Below, one piece after another: positions 18,088-26,746 of a stretch of 29,942 bases of DNA. The stretch comes from Infirmifilum sp. (GTDB taxonomy: Archaea; Thermoproteota; Thermoprotei; Thermofilales; Thermofilaceae): assembly GCA_041287245.1 (NCBI GenBank), contig JBEULP010000096.1, positions 1 through 29,942 of the forward strand. The letters are read 5' to 3'. A program made the position numbers and the translations under genes. The notes under the pieces were generated by a model, which worked only from the letters and a program-made list of their open reading frames with translations, did no database searches and was not told where the DNA came from. The number at the start of each line of letters is the position of its first letter. Positions within the stretch are counted from its first letter, which is position 1.

Positions 18088-19733
18088 AAGCTCGAAAACT
18101 ATCCTGGAGGTACAGGGGGTCTTCTAAACCCGTGCTTAACGAGATAAGTCTCCAAGTGAAAGAAGGAGAGTTTGTAGCCATAACAGGTCCTAGCGGTGCG
18201 GGAAAGACCACCCTGCTCTTAGCGCTCATCGGCATAATTCCTCAACAGCTACCCGGAGAGTTTAGCGGGACAGTCCGGGTTTTAGGCTACGAGACTACGA
18301 AGACTGACACCTACAGGATTGCACGAGAAGTGGGCGTGGTCTTCGAAGACCCTGAAATCCAGTTCGTGATGAGTACTGTAGAAGACGAGATATTGCTAGG
18401 TTTAGAGCCCCTCGGATTAACTGCAGACGAGGTTAGGGAAAGGATAGAATGGTCTTTAAGCATAGTGGGCCTGGAATCCTCATTTCTCTCAAGGTCCCCT
18501 ATACAGCTCTCAGGAGGTGAGAAACAGAGAGTGGCAATCGCGTCAGCAATCGCTAGAAGACCAAAGCTACTGCTCCTGGATGAGCCTACGTCGGATCTCG
18601 ATCCTAAAGGTAAAGAGGAGGTTGTTTCCGCACTGCGGAGACTACGGGATGACTACAAAGCTACCATAATAATGGTGGAGCACGAGCCGGAACTAATAGA
18701 AGAGTTTGCAGACAGACTTGTAGTTGTGGACCAAGGCAGGATTGTCTTAGAAGGAGACCCTCATGAGATCTACGAGATTGAAGGCTTAGAGACTAAGCAC
18801 GCCGTGTATCCTCCCGACTACGTTGAGGTGGGTCGACGCCTAAACCTACAAGCTCGGCGGCGGGATGAATTTATAAAAATGTTGACTTCTCAAGAGAATA
18901 TCAGCCTAAACGGACTTTGCTGCTTCAAGGAGTATAAACCTCTTTCAGGAAGGCCTCTAGTCTCCGTACGCGACGTATGGTTTAGCTACTCCCCTGGAGT
19001 TAGTGTCTTGCGAGGTGTAAGCCTTGACGTATACCCTGGCGAAATGGTAGCCTTAATGGGCCCCAACGGTAGCGGCAAGACAACTCTTTCGAAAATAATA
19101 GCTGGGCTCTTAAAGCCCAGTAGGGGCGATGTATACATAGAGGGTCGTAGTATAAAGGAGTACACGCGCGCCGAACTAGCCGAGCTGGTGGGCTATGTCT
19201 ATCAGAATCCGCAGCACCAGATTTTCAACCAAACCGTCTGGGATGAAGTAGCATTCGGGTGGAGAATTAGGGGCGTCTCTGAGGCGGCTTATAAACGCCG
19301 TGTTGAGGAAGCGATAAGACAGTTTAACCTTGAGGGGCTGGAGCATGAACACCCGTTCTTTCTAAGCAAAGGTGAGAAGAGGAGGCTTGCAATAGCCAGT
19401 GTTTACACTCTTAACCCTAAAATGTTAGTAGTGGATGAGCCTACTACCGGACAAGATAGAAGGTTAAGTGACCAGATGTTGTCTCTCTTTAAATCTCTCA
19501 CGGGGGAAGGTAAGACAGTACTCGTAATAACACATAGCGTTAATCTAGCATTAAAGTATGCTGATCGCCTGGTCGTCATGGTTGACGGTAATGTGATCGC
19601 AGATGGAGCTCCATGGCAAGTCTTACGGGACGACGCGGTAATACGCAGTGCCCATCTAAAACAGCCCGTGGTGATCCAGGCGTGCATGGAGGTTGAGGCT
19701 AGAAGACATACGCACAGTGGTTCTTCCCCTTAG
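18075..19733 (+). CDS. ecfA: ECF transporter fused double ATPase (A-A')
   Basis: GPSGAGKT/LSGGEKQ/LLLDEP and GPNGSGKT/LSKGEK/LVVDEP. Confidence 0.95.
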   Translation: MAAVEARKLSWRYRGSSKPVLNEISLQVKEGEFVAITGPSGAGKTTLLLALIGIIPQQLPGEFSGTVRVLGYETTKTDTYRIAREVGVVFEDPEIQFVMSTVEDEILLGLEPLGLTADEVRERIEWSLSIVGLESSFLSRSPIQLSGGEKQRVAIASAIARRPKLLLLDEPTSDLDPKGKEEVVSALRRLRDDYKATIIMVEHEPELIEEFADRLVVVDQGRIVLEGDPHEIYEIEGLETKHAVYPPDYVEVGRRLNLQARRRDEFIKMLTSQENISLNGLCCFKEYKPLSGRPLVSVRDVWFSYSPGVSVLRGVSLDVYPGEMVALMGPNGSGKTTLSKIIAGLLKPSRGDVYIEGRSIKEYTRAELAELVGYVYQNPQHQIFNQTVWDEVAFGWRIRGVSEAAYKRRVEEAIRQFNLEGLEHEHPFFLSKGEKRRLAIASVYTLNPKMLVVDEPTTGQDRRLSDQMLSLFKSLTGEGKTVLVITHSVNLALKYADRLVVMVDGNVIADGAPWQVLRDDAVIRSAHLKQPVVIQACMEVEARRHTHSGSSP

Positions 19734-20739
19734 CCTCCTCGAGCCTCGCCCGACGCTCAGCATATATCTTATCCATCCACTCCTCATACCACTCCGCTCC
19801 TCGTATAGCCTCGCGTAGGGCTTCAAGAGCTTTCAGGCTGTTCTCAAGATGTAGATCAATCCTCCCCCGCTCGTAAGTGGAGCCGGTGAAAAGCAAGCAT
19901 TGCCTCTCACTCCAGTCCCCCGGCTGGTCCATCCCGGGGAAGTACGATCTTATCATGTTCTCCAAAGCCTCGGGGACAGTAGTTCCCGAGATCAGCCTGT
20001 CCACGTTGACACCTGTTGGTGTAGTGTCAGGCCCGTAAAGCGGCATATCATACTGGTTCGAGGCGAGTGCGGCAAAGTCCTCGAGGGTTATCAGTACAGG
20101 TTCAGCCCCCCGCTCCGAGATAAACTCCGAGGCTTTTCTAGCCCCAGGCTCGGAGATAAAACCGTAGATAACGATCCTGCGGAACTCCATGCCTTTAAAC
20201 CCGGCCATGTCAAGCGTCAAGCGTAGAGCCTCCAATAATGTCCTACCCGTTGCCACCGTATCTGCTACGACGAGTGTCTTCTCAGAGCCTGACAGCTCGC
20301 TGAACTGCACCTTCCCCACGTGGGGGGCTGCTTCAAGGTGCTTCTCGCCAGTACCACCATTATATACTACACGGACAAACTGCTCACGAACATCAAAACC
20401 CGCCTCTCGCAGTGCTACATCTAGCCTGTACCCCTGGGATCCCCTCAAAATATGCAGGAAAACCAGGGATCCCTCAGCGTTCAAGAGCTTCTTGAGAAAA
20501 GAGGCGGTAAAGCGTGCAGAGCTGATGGCAAGATTGTCCAAGGCTTTTCCCACAAGCTCGGGCATGCTGGCTATTTTCACGCTCGAGGGGGTGTGAACTA
20601 TGTATGCCTCAGCGTCAACAGGTAGATCCACCCCGCTTACAAACTTATCCTTACCGTCCGTAAAGGCTACCCTACCCTCAGCAACATTGATCCCGAAGAG
20701 ATCAGCTATCCTCTCAATGCTAACTCCCTCCATTAACAC
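19699..20739 (-). CDS. Uncharacterised type I phosphoribosyltransferase-fold protein (UPRT-like motifs)
   Basis: HILRGS resembles the UPRT ILR(A/G)G motif; VVADTVATGRTL is a PRPP-binding loop; PGDW near the C-terminus. Confidence 0.6.
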   Translation of the reverse strand: MLMEGVSIERIADLFGINVAEGRVAFTDGKDKFVSGVDLPVDAEAYIVHTPSSVKIASMPELVGKALDNLAISSARFTASFLKKLLNAEGSLVFLHILRGSQGYRLDVALREAGFDVREQFVRVVYNGGTGEKHLEAAPHVGKVQFSELSGSEKTLVVADTVATGRTLLEALRLTLDMAGFKGMEFRRIVIYGFISEPGARKASEFISERGAEPVLITLEDFAALASNQYDMPLYGPDTTPTGVNVDRLISGTTVPEALENMIRSYFPGMDQPGDWSERQCLLFTGSTYERGRIDLHLENSLKALEALREAIRGAEWYEEWMDKIYAERRARLEEAKGKNHCAYVF

Positions 20740-20847
20740 CTACAATCCTCTCAAGGGCTAACACCGCAAATAAAAGGTTAACTTCATGGGAAATCCAAGC
20801 ACAGGCTAAAAGAGGGCTTAGAAAAAAGGGTATTAAAAACCCGGTAA

Positions 20848-22311
20848 TCACTCTAGTATTATCTTCGCGAGTAGTTGAGGATCCTCCTCCTCAAATCGGA
20901 ATGCGACGATACCCTTGTAAGCGGCGAGGTCAATGACGCTCCTACCCTTCGAAACCGTTGTCGCATCTTCCTCAGCCTTTCCAGCTGGAAAGGCAAAGTC
21001 ATAAGTAAAGATATGGAGCTTGTTCTCACGACTTGCGGACAGGTACAGCCTAGCGTTGCGGTAGCCATATGTTGGAACCCCGCCCCAAGGCATGTCTAAG
21101 ATTCTAGACCCGTCGACCCTGAAGGTAACGGGGGGTTGGCTGTTTAGAAGAGCTCCTGTCTCAACGCTTACAATATCTTTCCAGCCTGCGTCGACGGGAC
21201 CAGCGTCAAGCGCGCCGTAATTAGCAGTGGTTGAGGTTCCGAGCAGCACCTTGTTCCCCGTGTTCTCGATAGAGGTTATACGTGCTCCGAAAGCCCCGAC
21301 AATGCGCGCCATCGGCGGCGTAATATAGACTAGGACGCTCGGCCCGACAATAGTGTTCATAGCCCCTGCAGCCTCCTTTTCCTCATCGTTTCTAGGATAC
21401 AGGACACCATGTGTAAAGGCGTTAAAAGCCGCTAAAACGCCACCCGCTAGAGGAGTCGCCATGGTTCTGAGAGGGCCATAGCCTGAAAGCCCGAAGTCGA
21501 AGAGCCGGATAAAGGACAGCCCCTCGTCGTTGAGGGGATTACCCGCTACAACCCCTCCCCGTACGAAGTGCATGTACCTTCCATACGCAGAGATAGCGGG
21601 GCCGCTCATCGTAAAGAATGCCGGTTGGGAATCCACACTTATCCGCGCGTAGTCCACGCCGAAAACCTCCCATTTTCCACTCACAAGATCTAGGCACTGA
21701 ACAGCCTCAAGCCCCCTTCTCCAATTCTTCATAACGTCAAAACAGGCATAGTCGCCCATCAGAGCGCCTTTGAGAGAAGGATTTTCACTTAACCTCTCTG
21801 CCCTGCCACCTCTCCTCGGAAGCGCGTAGACGCCGAGGTTTCTATGTCCGTCAGCCCTGGAGAGTATCAGCCTGTCATTAACAGGGTCGTAGATTATATT
21901 TGATATCTCGCCCGCCCACTCCGACTCGTGGCCAACGCCCTCCTTCCATAAGAGCCTGACAGTACCCTCTCGGACGTCAAACTCGTGTACGTGGCTGAAC
22001 TTGTCGAAAAAGTATATGATGCCTCCCCTGCCCACCCTACCGCCATACTTTGCCGGTGCATGTACCCAGCCTCCGAAAAAGATGGAGTCGTCGGCAACGT
22101 CCACAGCGTTATAAGTGTCTCCACCGCTTGTAGGCAAATGGCCTACCTGTTCGAACCGGTAGACCCTATCTTCTCGGTTTCTGATGAAGTGAGCCTCGGC
22201 TTCAAAGGCTATTGTGAAGTAGAGGGTGTCCTTGTAAAACTTCAGGCCGAATACTCCCCCACTGCCCCACTCGGGTCCGAAGCGGGGTGGAAATACGTGC
22301 ATTCTCTCCAT
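20848..22311 (-). CDS. Conserved archaeal DUF2139-like protein (beta-strand-rich)
   Basis: FPPRFGPEWGSGGVFGL, SGGDTYNAV, FGGWVHAP, WAGEIS. Start set at ATG 22311, about 25 nt below a TATAAA. Confidence 0.7.
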   Translation of the reverse strand: MERMHVFPPRFGPEWGSGGVFGLKFYKDTLYFTIAFEAEAHFIRNREDRVYRFEQVGHLPTSGGDTYNAVDVADDSIFFGGWVHAPAKYGGRVGRGGIIYFFDKFSHVHEFDVREGTVRLLWKEGVGHESEWAGEISNIIYDPVNDRLILSRADGHRNLGVYALPRRGGRAERLSENPSLKGALMGDYACFDVMKNWRRGLEAVQCLDLVSGKWEVFGVDYARISVDSQPAFFTMSGPAISAYGRYMHFVRGGVVAGNPLNDEGLSFIRLFDFGLSGYGPLRTMATPLAGGVLAAFNAFTHGVLYPRNDEEKEAAGAMNTIVGPSVLVYITPPMARIVGAFGARITSIENTGNKVLLGTSTTANYGALDAGPVDAGWKDIVSVETGALLNSQPPVTFRVDGSRILDMPWGGVPTYGYRNARLYLSASRENKLHIFTYDFAFPAGKAEEDATTVSKGRSVIDLAAYKGIVAFRFEEEDPQLLAKIILE

Positions 22312-22476
22312 ACGTTCCCAGGTGTTCTGCCATGGATTTATACTCGACGATATATTCTTCATTATGAAAAACCCTGCAGGGCTTCTGCGACGCATAGCTA
22401 GATGATTATAGGGAAGAATGTTAGTTGTCAATACCATATATTAGATAATAGGATAGGTAATAAGTGTAGACGTTTC

Positions 22477-22833
22477 ATGAGCGACGTCTCCGAGCCCGAG
22501 TTGAGGGTTATGATGGTCAACGAGAAAACTTCTGGGAATAACCTCCGAGGACGTTGACACGCTGCTCGAGCTGGGGCGATGCTCCTCGCACGTGTTAAAG
22601 GAAGTCATCGCGAGGGTAGCCGCTTGCGTTTGATGGTAGATACTACGGGTGCGTTCACCAGGGAGCTCATCGGATTATGCTCAAGCCCCCGCGAAGCCGC
22701 CGCTGTAGTAAAGGCGCTGTACTGGAACCTGAGCATCATGCTCCTCTCGTACGAAACCATATGGAAGCTGGTTTTCCTGAAAGCCGTAGGAGTCGGCGGC
22801 GAGCTCCTCGAGAGCGCGCGAAAATCGAGCTAA
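22477..22833 (+). pseudogene. Probable protoglobin-domain gene remnant
   Basis: Frame-hopping pieces RKLLGITSEDVDTLLELG / KEVIARV and VVKALYWNLSIMLLSYE..KAVGVGGELLE; too short for a whole globin. Confidence 0.4.
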
Positions 22834-23182
22834 CTTGGCACGCAGAGGTAATAAATGGCGTTAGGACTGTTATACCGACACTAACACATTTTCCTAAACC
22901 ACTCCTACCATAATCCCTGTTACAACATTCATTACTTTGACACTTTCCATCGGTTCATGAATCCCAGCATATACCACAGTAGCATTTTAACCCACTACCA
23001 CAATCTGCGTCTGAGCTGCATGACAAACCCCAATAGTTAACACTACATTTGAGAATCGGCACAATCTCTATTTTCATCACAATGATCATAGCCGTCAAAC
23101 CATTCCCGCCAAGCGGGCTATCTTCATCTGAAGTAACTGGAGTTGCGCGCGTAAACATGTCGTCACGAGAAAATGCTAACAT
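22830..23182 (-). pseudogene. Cys-rich repeat protein remnant
   Basis: CDENRDC / CSVNYWGLSCSSDADCGSGLKCYCGICWDS*TDGKCQSNECCNRDYGRSGLGKCVSVG / YYLCVPS*, spanning two frameshifts and one in-frame TGA. Confidence 0.6.
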
Positions 23183-23256
23183 GCCTCCTAGAGAAAAAGA
23201 GGCAACACTAAGGTTTTTATAATGAAAAAGAGCTAAAAGAAAGAGGAGGGCTGGAA

Positions 23257-23670
23257 TTGTCGCCAGACGACTGCGCGAGCGACGCTTTTAAAATAGCCGC
23301 CGCTATATTCTGGTTCAGCAACCCCGCTGGGAGCAGCAATCCGCATAAAGAGGGGCGCCAGTTCGAACACCTCGTCGAAGAGGAACTGCTTAACTTGGGC
23401 TTGCTGGTTTACCGCGCGAGCCGTAGCGGCGGCCCGGCCAGGCCCCGGGGACGGGGCCAGGTACCGGCCGACCTCATTGTCATAAACAGGAGGGGTAGGG
23501 TGCTGCTAGTCAAGTGCAAGACAGGCAGCACAGCCGCGATCCAGGCACAACACAGCTCCCCGAAGGCCAGCGTCAAGGTTCCGGAAGGCGTAGAGTACCG
23601 CGTCGTGACCCCAAACACCCTAAAGGCGTTTTTAAAGTGGGTAAGAGAGTGGCGGGATCGGGAGCCCTAG
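23257..23670 (+). CDS. Hjc-like PD-(D/E)XK nuclease, possibly inactive
   Basis: GRQFE..L...G..V.R...SG...ADLIV...LLVKCK; true start uncertain. Confidence 0.6.
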   Translation: MSPDDCASDAFKIAAAIFWFSNPAGSSNPHKEGRQFEHLVEEELLNLGLLVYRASRSGGPARPRGRGQVPADLIVINRRGRVLLVKCKTGSTAAIQAQHSSPKASVKVPEGVEYRVVTPNTLKAFLKWVREWRDREP

Positions 23671-23676
23671 CCTTGA

Positions 23677-23749
23677 GCCCCGCGCCTACAACGGTGCAGC
23701 CCGCACCGCGTCCAGCATTACACGGAGCCCCTCGGGGCCAGAGCGGGGT
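23677..23749. other. GC-rich multi-stem element (candidate structured RNA or element end)
   Basis: Closing stem GCCCCGC/GCGGGGT encloses the hairpins CGGTGC/GCACCG and GCCC-CTCG-GGGC. Confidence 0.3.
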
Positions 23750-23905
23750 GGAAATGTGTGTTTTTTCTGTAGGTTTCCCGATAGCCTGTATGAATTCTTA
23801 TTCTAGATATATTCTGGGTTATGAAAATTCCTGCGGAGCTTTTGCTACATGGCGTCTGATGGTTACAAGAAAAAATATTAGCCTTTTGTATCAAATATTA
23901 GTTGT

Positions 23906-25185
23906 ATGGATAAAAAATATAAATGGTTCGTAGTAATCTTCTTCTTCACCTTCCTATCCTTCCACGAGGCAGACCGCTTCATAATCTCTGCAGTCGCCCC
24001 GGATGTGGAGAAGGAGTTCCAGGTATCGCACGCACAACTAGGCCTTGTCTTCTCACTCACGGTTCTCTCGTGGCCGCAGTCCTCTACCCCATATGGGGGT
24101 ATCTCTACGACCGATACTCCAGGAGGATTCTAGCAGGACTAGCCGCGATGATCTGGGGTTTCACCACCATTTTCAACGCATTAAGCAGAACTTTCGACCA
24201 ATTCTTCGCAACCAGGATGGCTACAGGTGTTGATGACGCGGCTCCCCCGGGGATATACAGCCTGGTTGCAGACTACTTCGAGCCCTACGACAGGGGGAAG
24301 GCCATGGGCATCATTAACGCATCCAGTCCTATTGGTGCAATCCTCGGGACGATTCTTGCATTATCAATCGTGTCAGCCGGCTATTCGTGGAGAAACGCCT
24401 TCTACATCACCGGTCCTATCGGCGTCCTAATAGGGGTTTTAACAATTCTAATGATCAAGGATATCCCGCGGGGCAGCTCGGAGCCAGAACTTGAGGGGCT
24501 TCTAACTGAAGACCTGTACAAGGCGAGGCTCTCCGACCTCCCAAAACTGTTGAAAAACAGATCCCTGCTCCTCTTATACCTGCAGGGGTTCTGGGGGGTC
24601 TTCCCGTGGAACGCCATAACCTTCTGGATTATAACCTACATGGAGCTGGAGAGAGGTCTTGATCCAGGGTTCGTCATGGTCACCATGGTCTCGTGGCTTA
24701 TCGCAATGACCGTTGGGAACATCTTCGCCGGCTATGTGGGCGATAAGCTGTTCAAAAGGACAAAGCGAGGCAGGGCAATGTTCGGAGCCGTAGTTGTCCT
24801 GTTTTCAGCCATTCTAATATACCTGACTATAAATGCCCCGACGACGACAGAGTTTTTCATCTTTGGGCTACTAACAGCCTTTGAGATACCTATGGCTGGG
24901 CCGAACGTCTCCGCGGCGATAACTGACGTCACCGAGCCCGAGTTGAGGGCAAGCGCGACAGGCTATCTGAGGTTCTTTGAGAACATAGGCAGTGCCGTCT
25001 CACCAGCCCTCACAGGTTTCATCGCGGAGGGGCTGTCCCTCGGAAAGGCTATAATGTTGGTAAGCGTCTCCACCTGGCTTCTATGCTTTATCTTTTTCAC
25101 AATATTAGCCATCATAATCCCAAAAGATATAGATAGGCTGAGAAGCGTTATACAGGATAGAAAGAGGAGGCTTACGGGTGAATGA
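23906..25185 (+). pseudogene. MFS sugar transporter split by one frameshift at about 24064-24069
   Basis: MDKKYKWFVVIFFF..HEADRF..LGLVFSLTVL continues in another frame as VAAVLYPIWGYLYDRYSRR (MFS motif A). The junction is a (TC)3 run. Confidence 0.85.
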
Positions 25186-25186
25186 T

Positions 25187-26746
25187 ATGTTCCCGAAGAA
25201 GTTCATGTGGGGCGTGTCCCTAGCCGGCTTCCAGTTCGAGATGGGGAACCCTTCGGGCGACGCTGTGGATCCCAACACAGACTGGTACGCCTGGGTCCAC
25301 GATGAAAACAACATTAAAAGGAGAATCGTAAGCGGAGACCTACCTGAAAACGGTGTCGACTACTGGCACCGCTTCCGCGAGGATCACGACATTGCCAGGT
25401 CAATAGGGATGAACACGTACCGCCTCAACGTGGAGTGGAGCCGTGTCTTCCCCAAATCCACCTTTAGCGTTGATATCCAAGTGGAAAGAGATGAAAATGT
25501 CCTGGTAAAAGCGGATCTAGACGAGAACGACTTGTCACAGCTCGACTCCCTGGCCGACAAGGTGGCCGTCGAGCACTATCGTGAAGTGATACGCGACCTG
25601 CGCGAGAAGGGGTTCCTGGTAATATTAAACCTGGTACACTTCACACTTCCAATCTGGCTCCACGACCCGCTCCAGGCTAGGGCTACAAACCTTAAAAAGG
25701 GGCCCCTCGGCTACGCCGACCCCCGCTTTCCCGTAGAGTTCGCGAAGTTCGCCGCGTACGCAGCGTGGAGGTTCGGAGACCTGGTAGACATGTGGTCTAC
25801 CTTTAACGAGCCCAGCGTGGTAGCCGAGGCAGGCTTCCTCTTCAAAAACGGTAAATTCCCGCCCGGGGTCTTTAACTTCCAGGGGTATAGGAGGGCACTT
25901 CTCAACATAGCCCAGGCCCACGTCCTCGCATACCATCTTATAAAAAGGCTCGATAAGGCGAAAGCCTACCCTGATAGCCCAAGCCCCGCCGAGGTGGGCA
26001 TCATCCACAACATGATACCCTTCTACCCCTTCGACGAAAAGAAAACGCGGGATAGGATCGCTGCCAAGTTCGCAGACCACCTGCACAACAGGTGGGTTTT
26101 AAACGCCATATCCCGGGGCTGGGTAGACTCTAACACGGACATGCACGAGGAGCCAAGCGAGGTCTTCGAGTCCTACAAGGGGCGCGTGGACTGGATAGGC
26201 GTCAACTACTACTCGAGGCAGGTCGTCCGGGGAAAGCTAAACCCCCTCGCGTTTCTCTTGGGGCTACCTGCTTTCCCAGAGATGGTTAAGGGTTACGGCA
26301 ACGAGTGCACCCCCAACTCTAAGAGCCTCGCGGGCAGACCCACGTCGGACTTCGGCTGGGAGATCTACCCTGAGGGTTTAGCCGAGGTTCTAGACATAGC
26401 CAACGAGTACGGCAAGCCCGTGCTCGTCACTGAGAACGGCATAGCCGACGCGGAGGACAGGCTTCGACCCCACTTCATAGCACTCCACCTCAAGGTTTTA
26501 GAAACCTATCTCGACCGTGGAGGTAAGGTTAACGGGTATCTCCACTGGGCCCTAATTGACAACTACGAGTGGGCAGAAGGCTTCCGGATGAAGTTCGGCT
26601 TATACGCTGTGGACCTCTCTAGTAAAAGGAGGATTAAAAGGCCAAGCGCAGACCTGCTAGCCAAAATAATAGCCGAGGGACATGTTCCAGAGGAAAGGGT
26701 TAGAGAGGCCCTGGAGCGGGTTCCAGGCGTCAGGCTCCCCGAATAA
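25187..26746 (+). CDS. Glycoside hydrolase family 1 (archaeal beta-galactosidase/beta-glycosidase type)
   Basis: WGVSLAGFQFEMG, acid/base TFNEP, GVNYYSR, nucleophile VTENG, DNYEWAEG; ATG 25187 follows GGTGA. Confidence 0.95.
   Translation: MFPKKFMWGVSLAGFQFEMGNPSGDAVDPNTDWYAWVHDENNIKRRIVSGDLPENGVDYWHRFREDHDIARSIGMNTYRLNVEWSRVFPKSTFSVDIQVERDENVLVKADLDENDLSQLDSLADKVAVEHYREVIRDLREKGFLVILNLVHFTLPIWLHDPLQARATNLKKGPLGYADPRFPVEFAKFAAYAAWRFGDLVDMWSTFNEPSVVAEAGFLFKNGKFPPGVFNFQGYRRALLNIAQAHVLAYHLIKRLDKAKAYPDSPSPAEVGIIHNMIPFYPFDEKKTRDRIAAKFADHLHNRWVLNAISRGWVDSNTDMHEEPSEVFESYKGRVDWIGVNYYSRQVVRGKLNPLAFLLGLPAFPEMVKGYGNECTPNSKSLAGRPTSDFGWEIYPEGLAEVLDIANEYGKPVLVTENGIADAEDRLRPHFIALHLKVLETYLDRGGKVNGYLHWALIDNYEWAEGFRMKFGLYAVDLSSKRRIKRPSADLLAKIIAEGHVPEERVREALERVPGVRLPE

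Noticed and set aside
22312..22437. N-terminal extension of the DUF2139-like ORF
   Set aside because: AT-rich promoter-like sequence containing the likely TATA box
22955..22957. In-frame TGA read as selenocysteine
   Set aside because: The flanking frameshifts indicate decay, Sec machinery is not known in this lineage, and a Cys codon to TGA needs only one substitution
23677..23749. tRNA gene
   Set aside because: No GTTCRA T-loop, no D-loop consensus and no 7-nt anticodon loop on either strand
23514..23933. 139-aa ORF
   Set aside because: It overlaps the Hjc-like gene out of frame, runs through intergenic and promoter DNA, and has no recognisable features
23923..24066. N-terminus of the 420-aa MFS ORF
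   Set aside because: Wrong frame; the real TM1-2 are in the ORF starting at 23906
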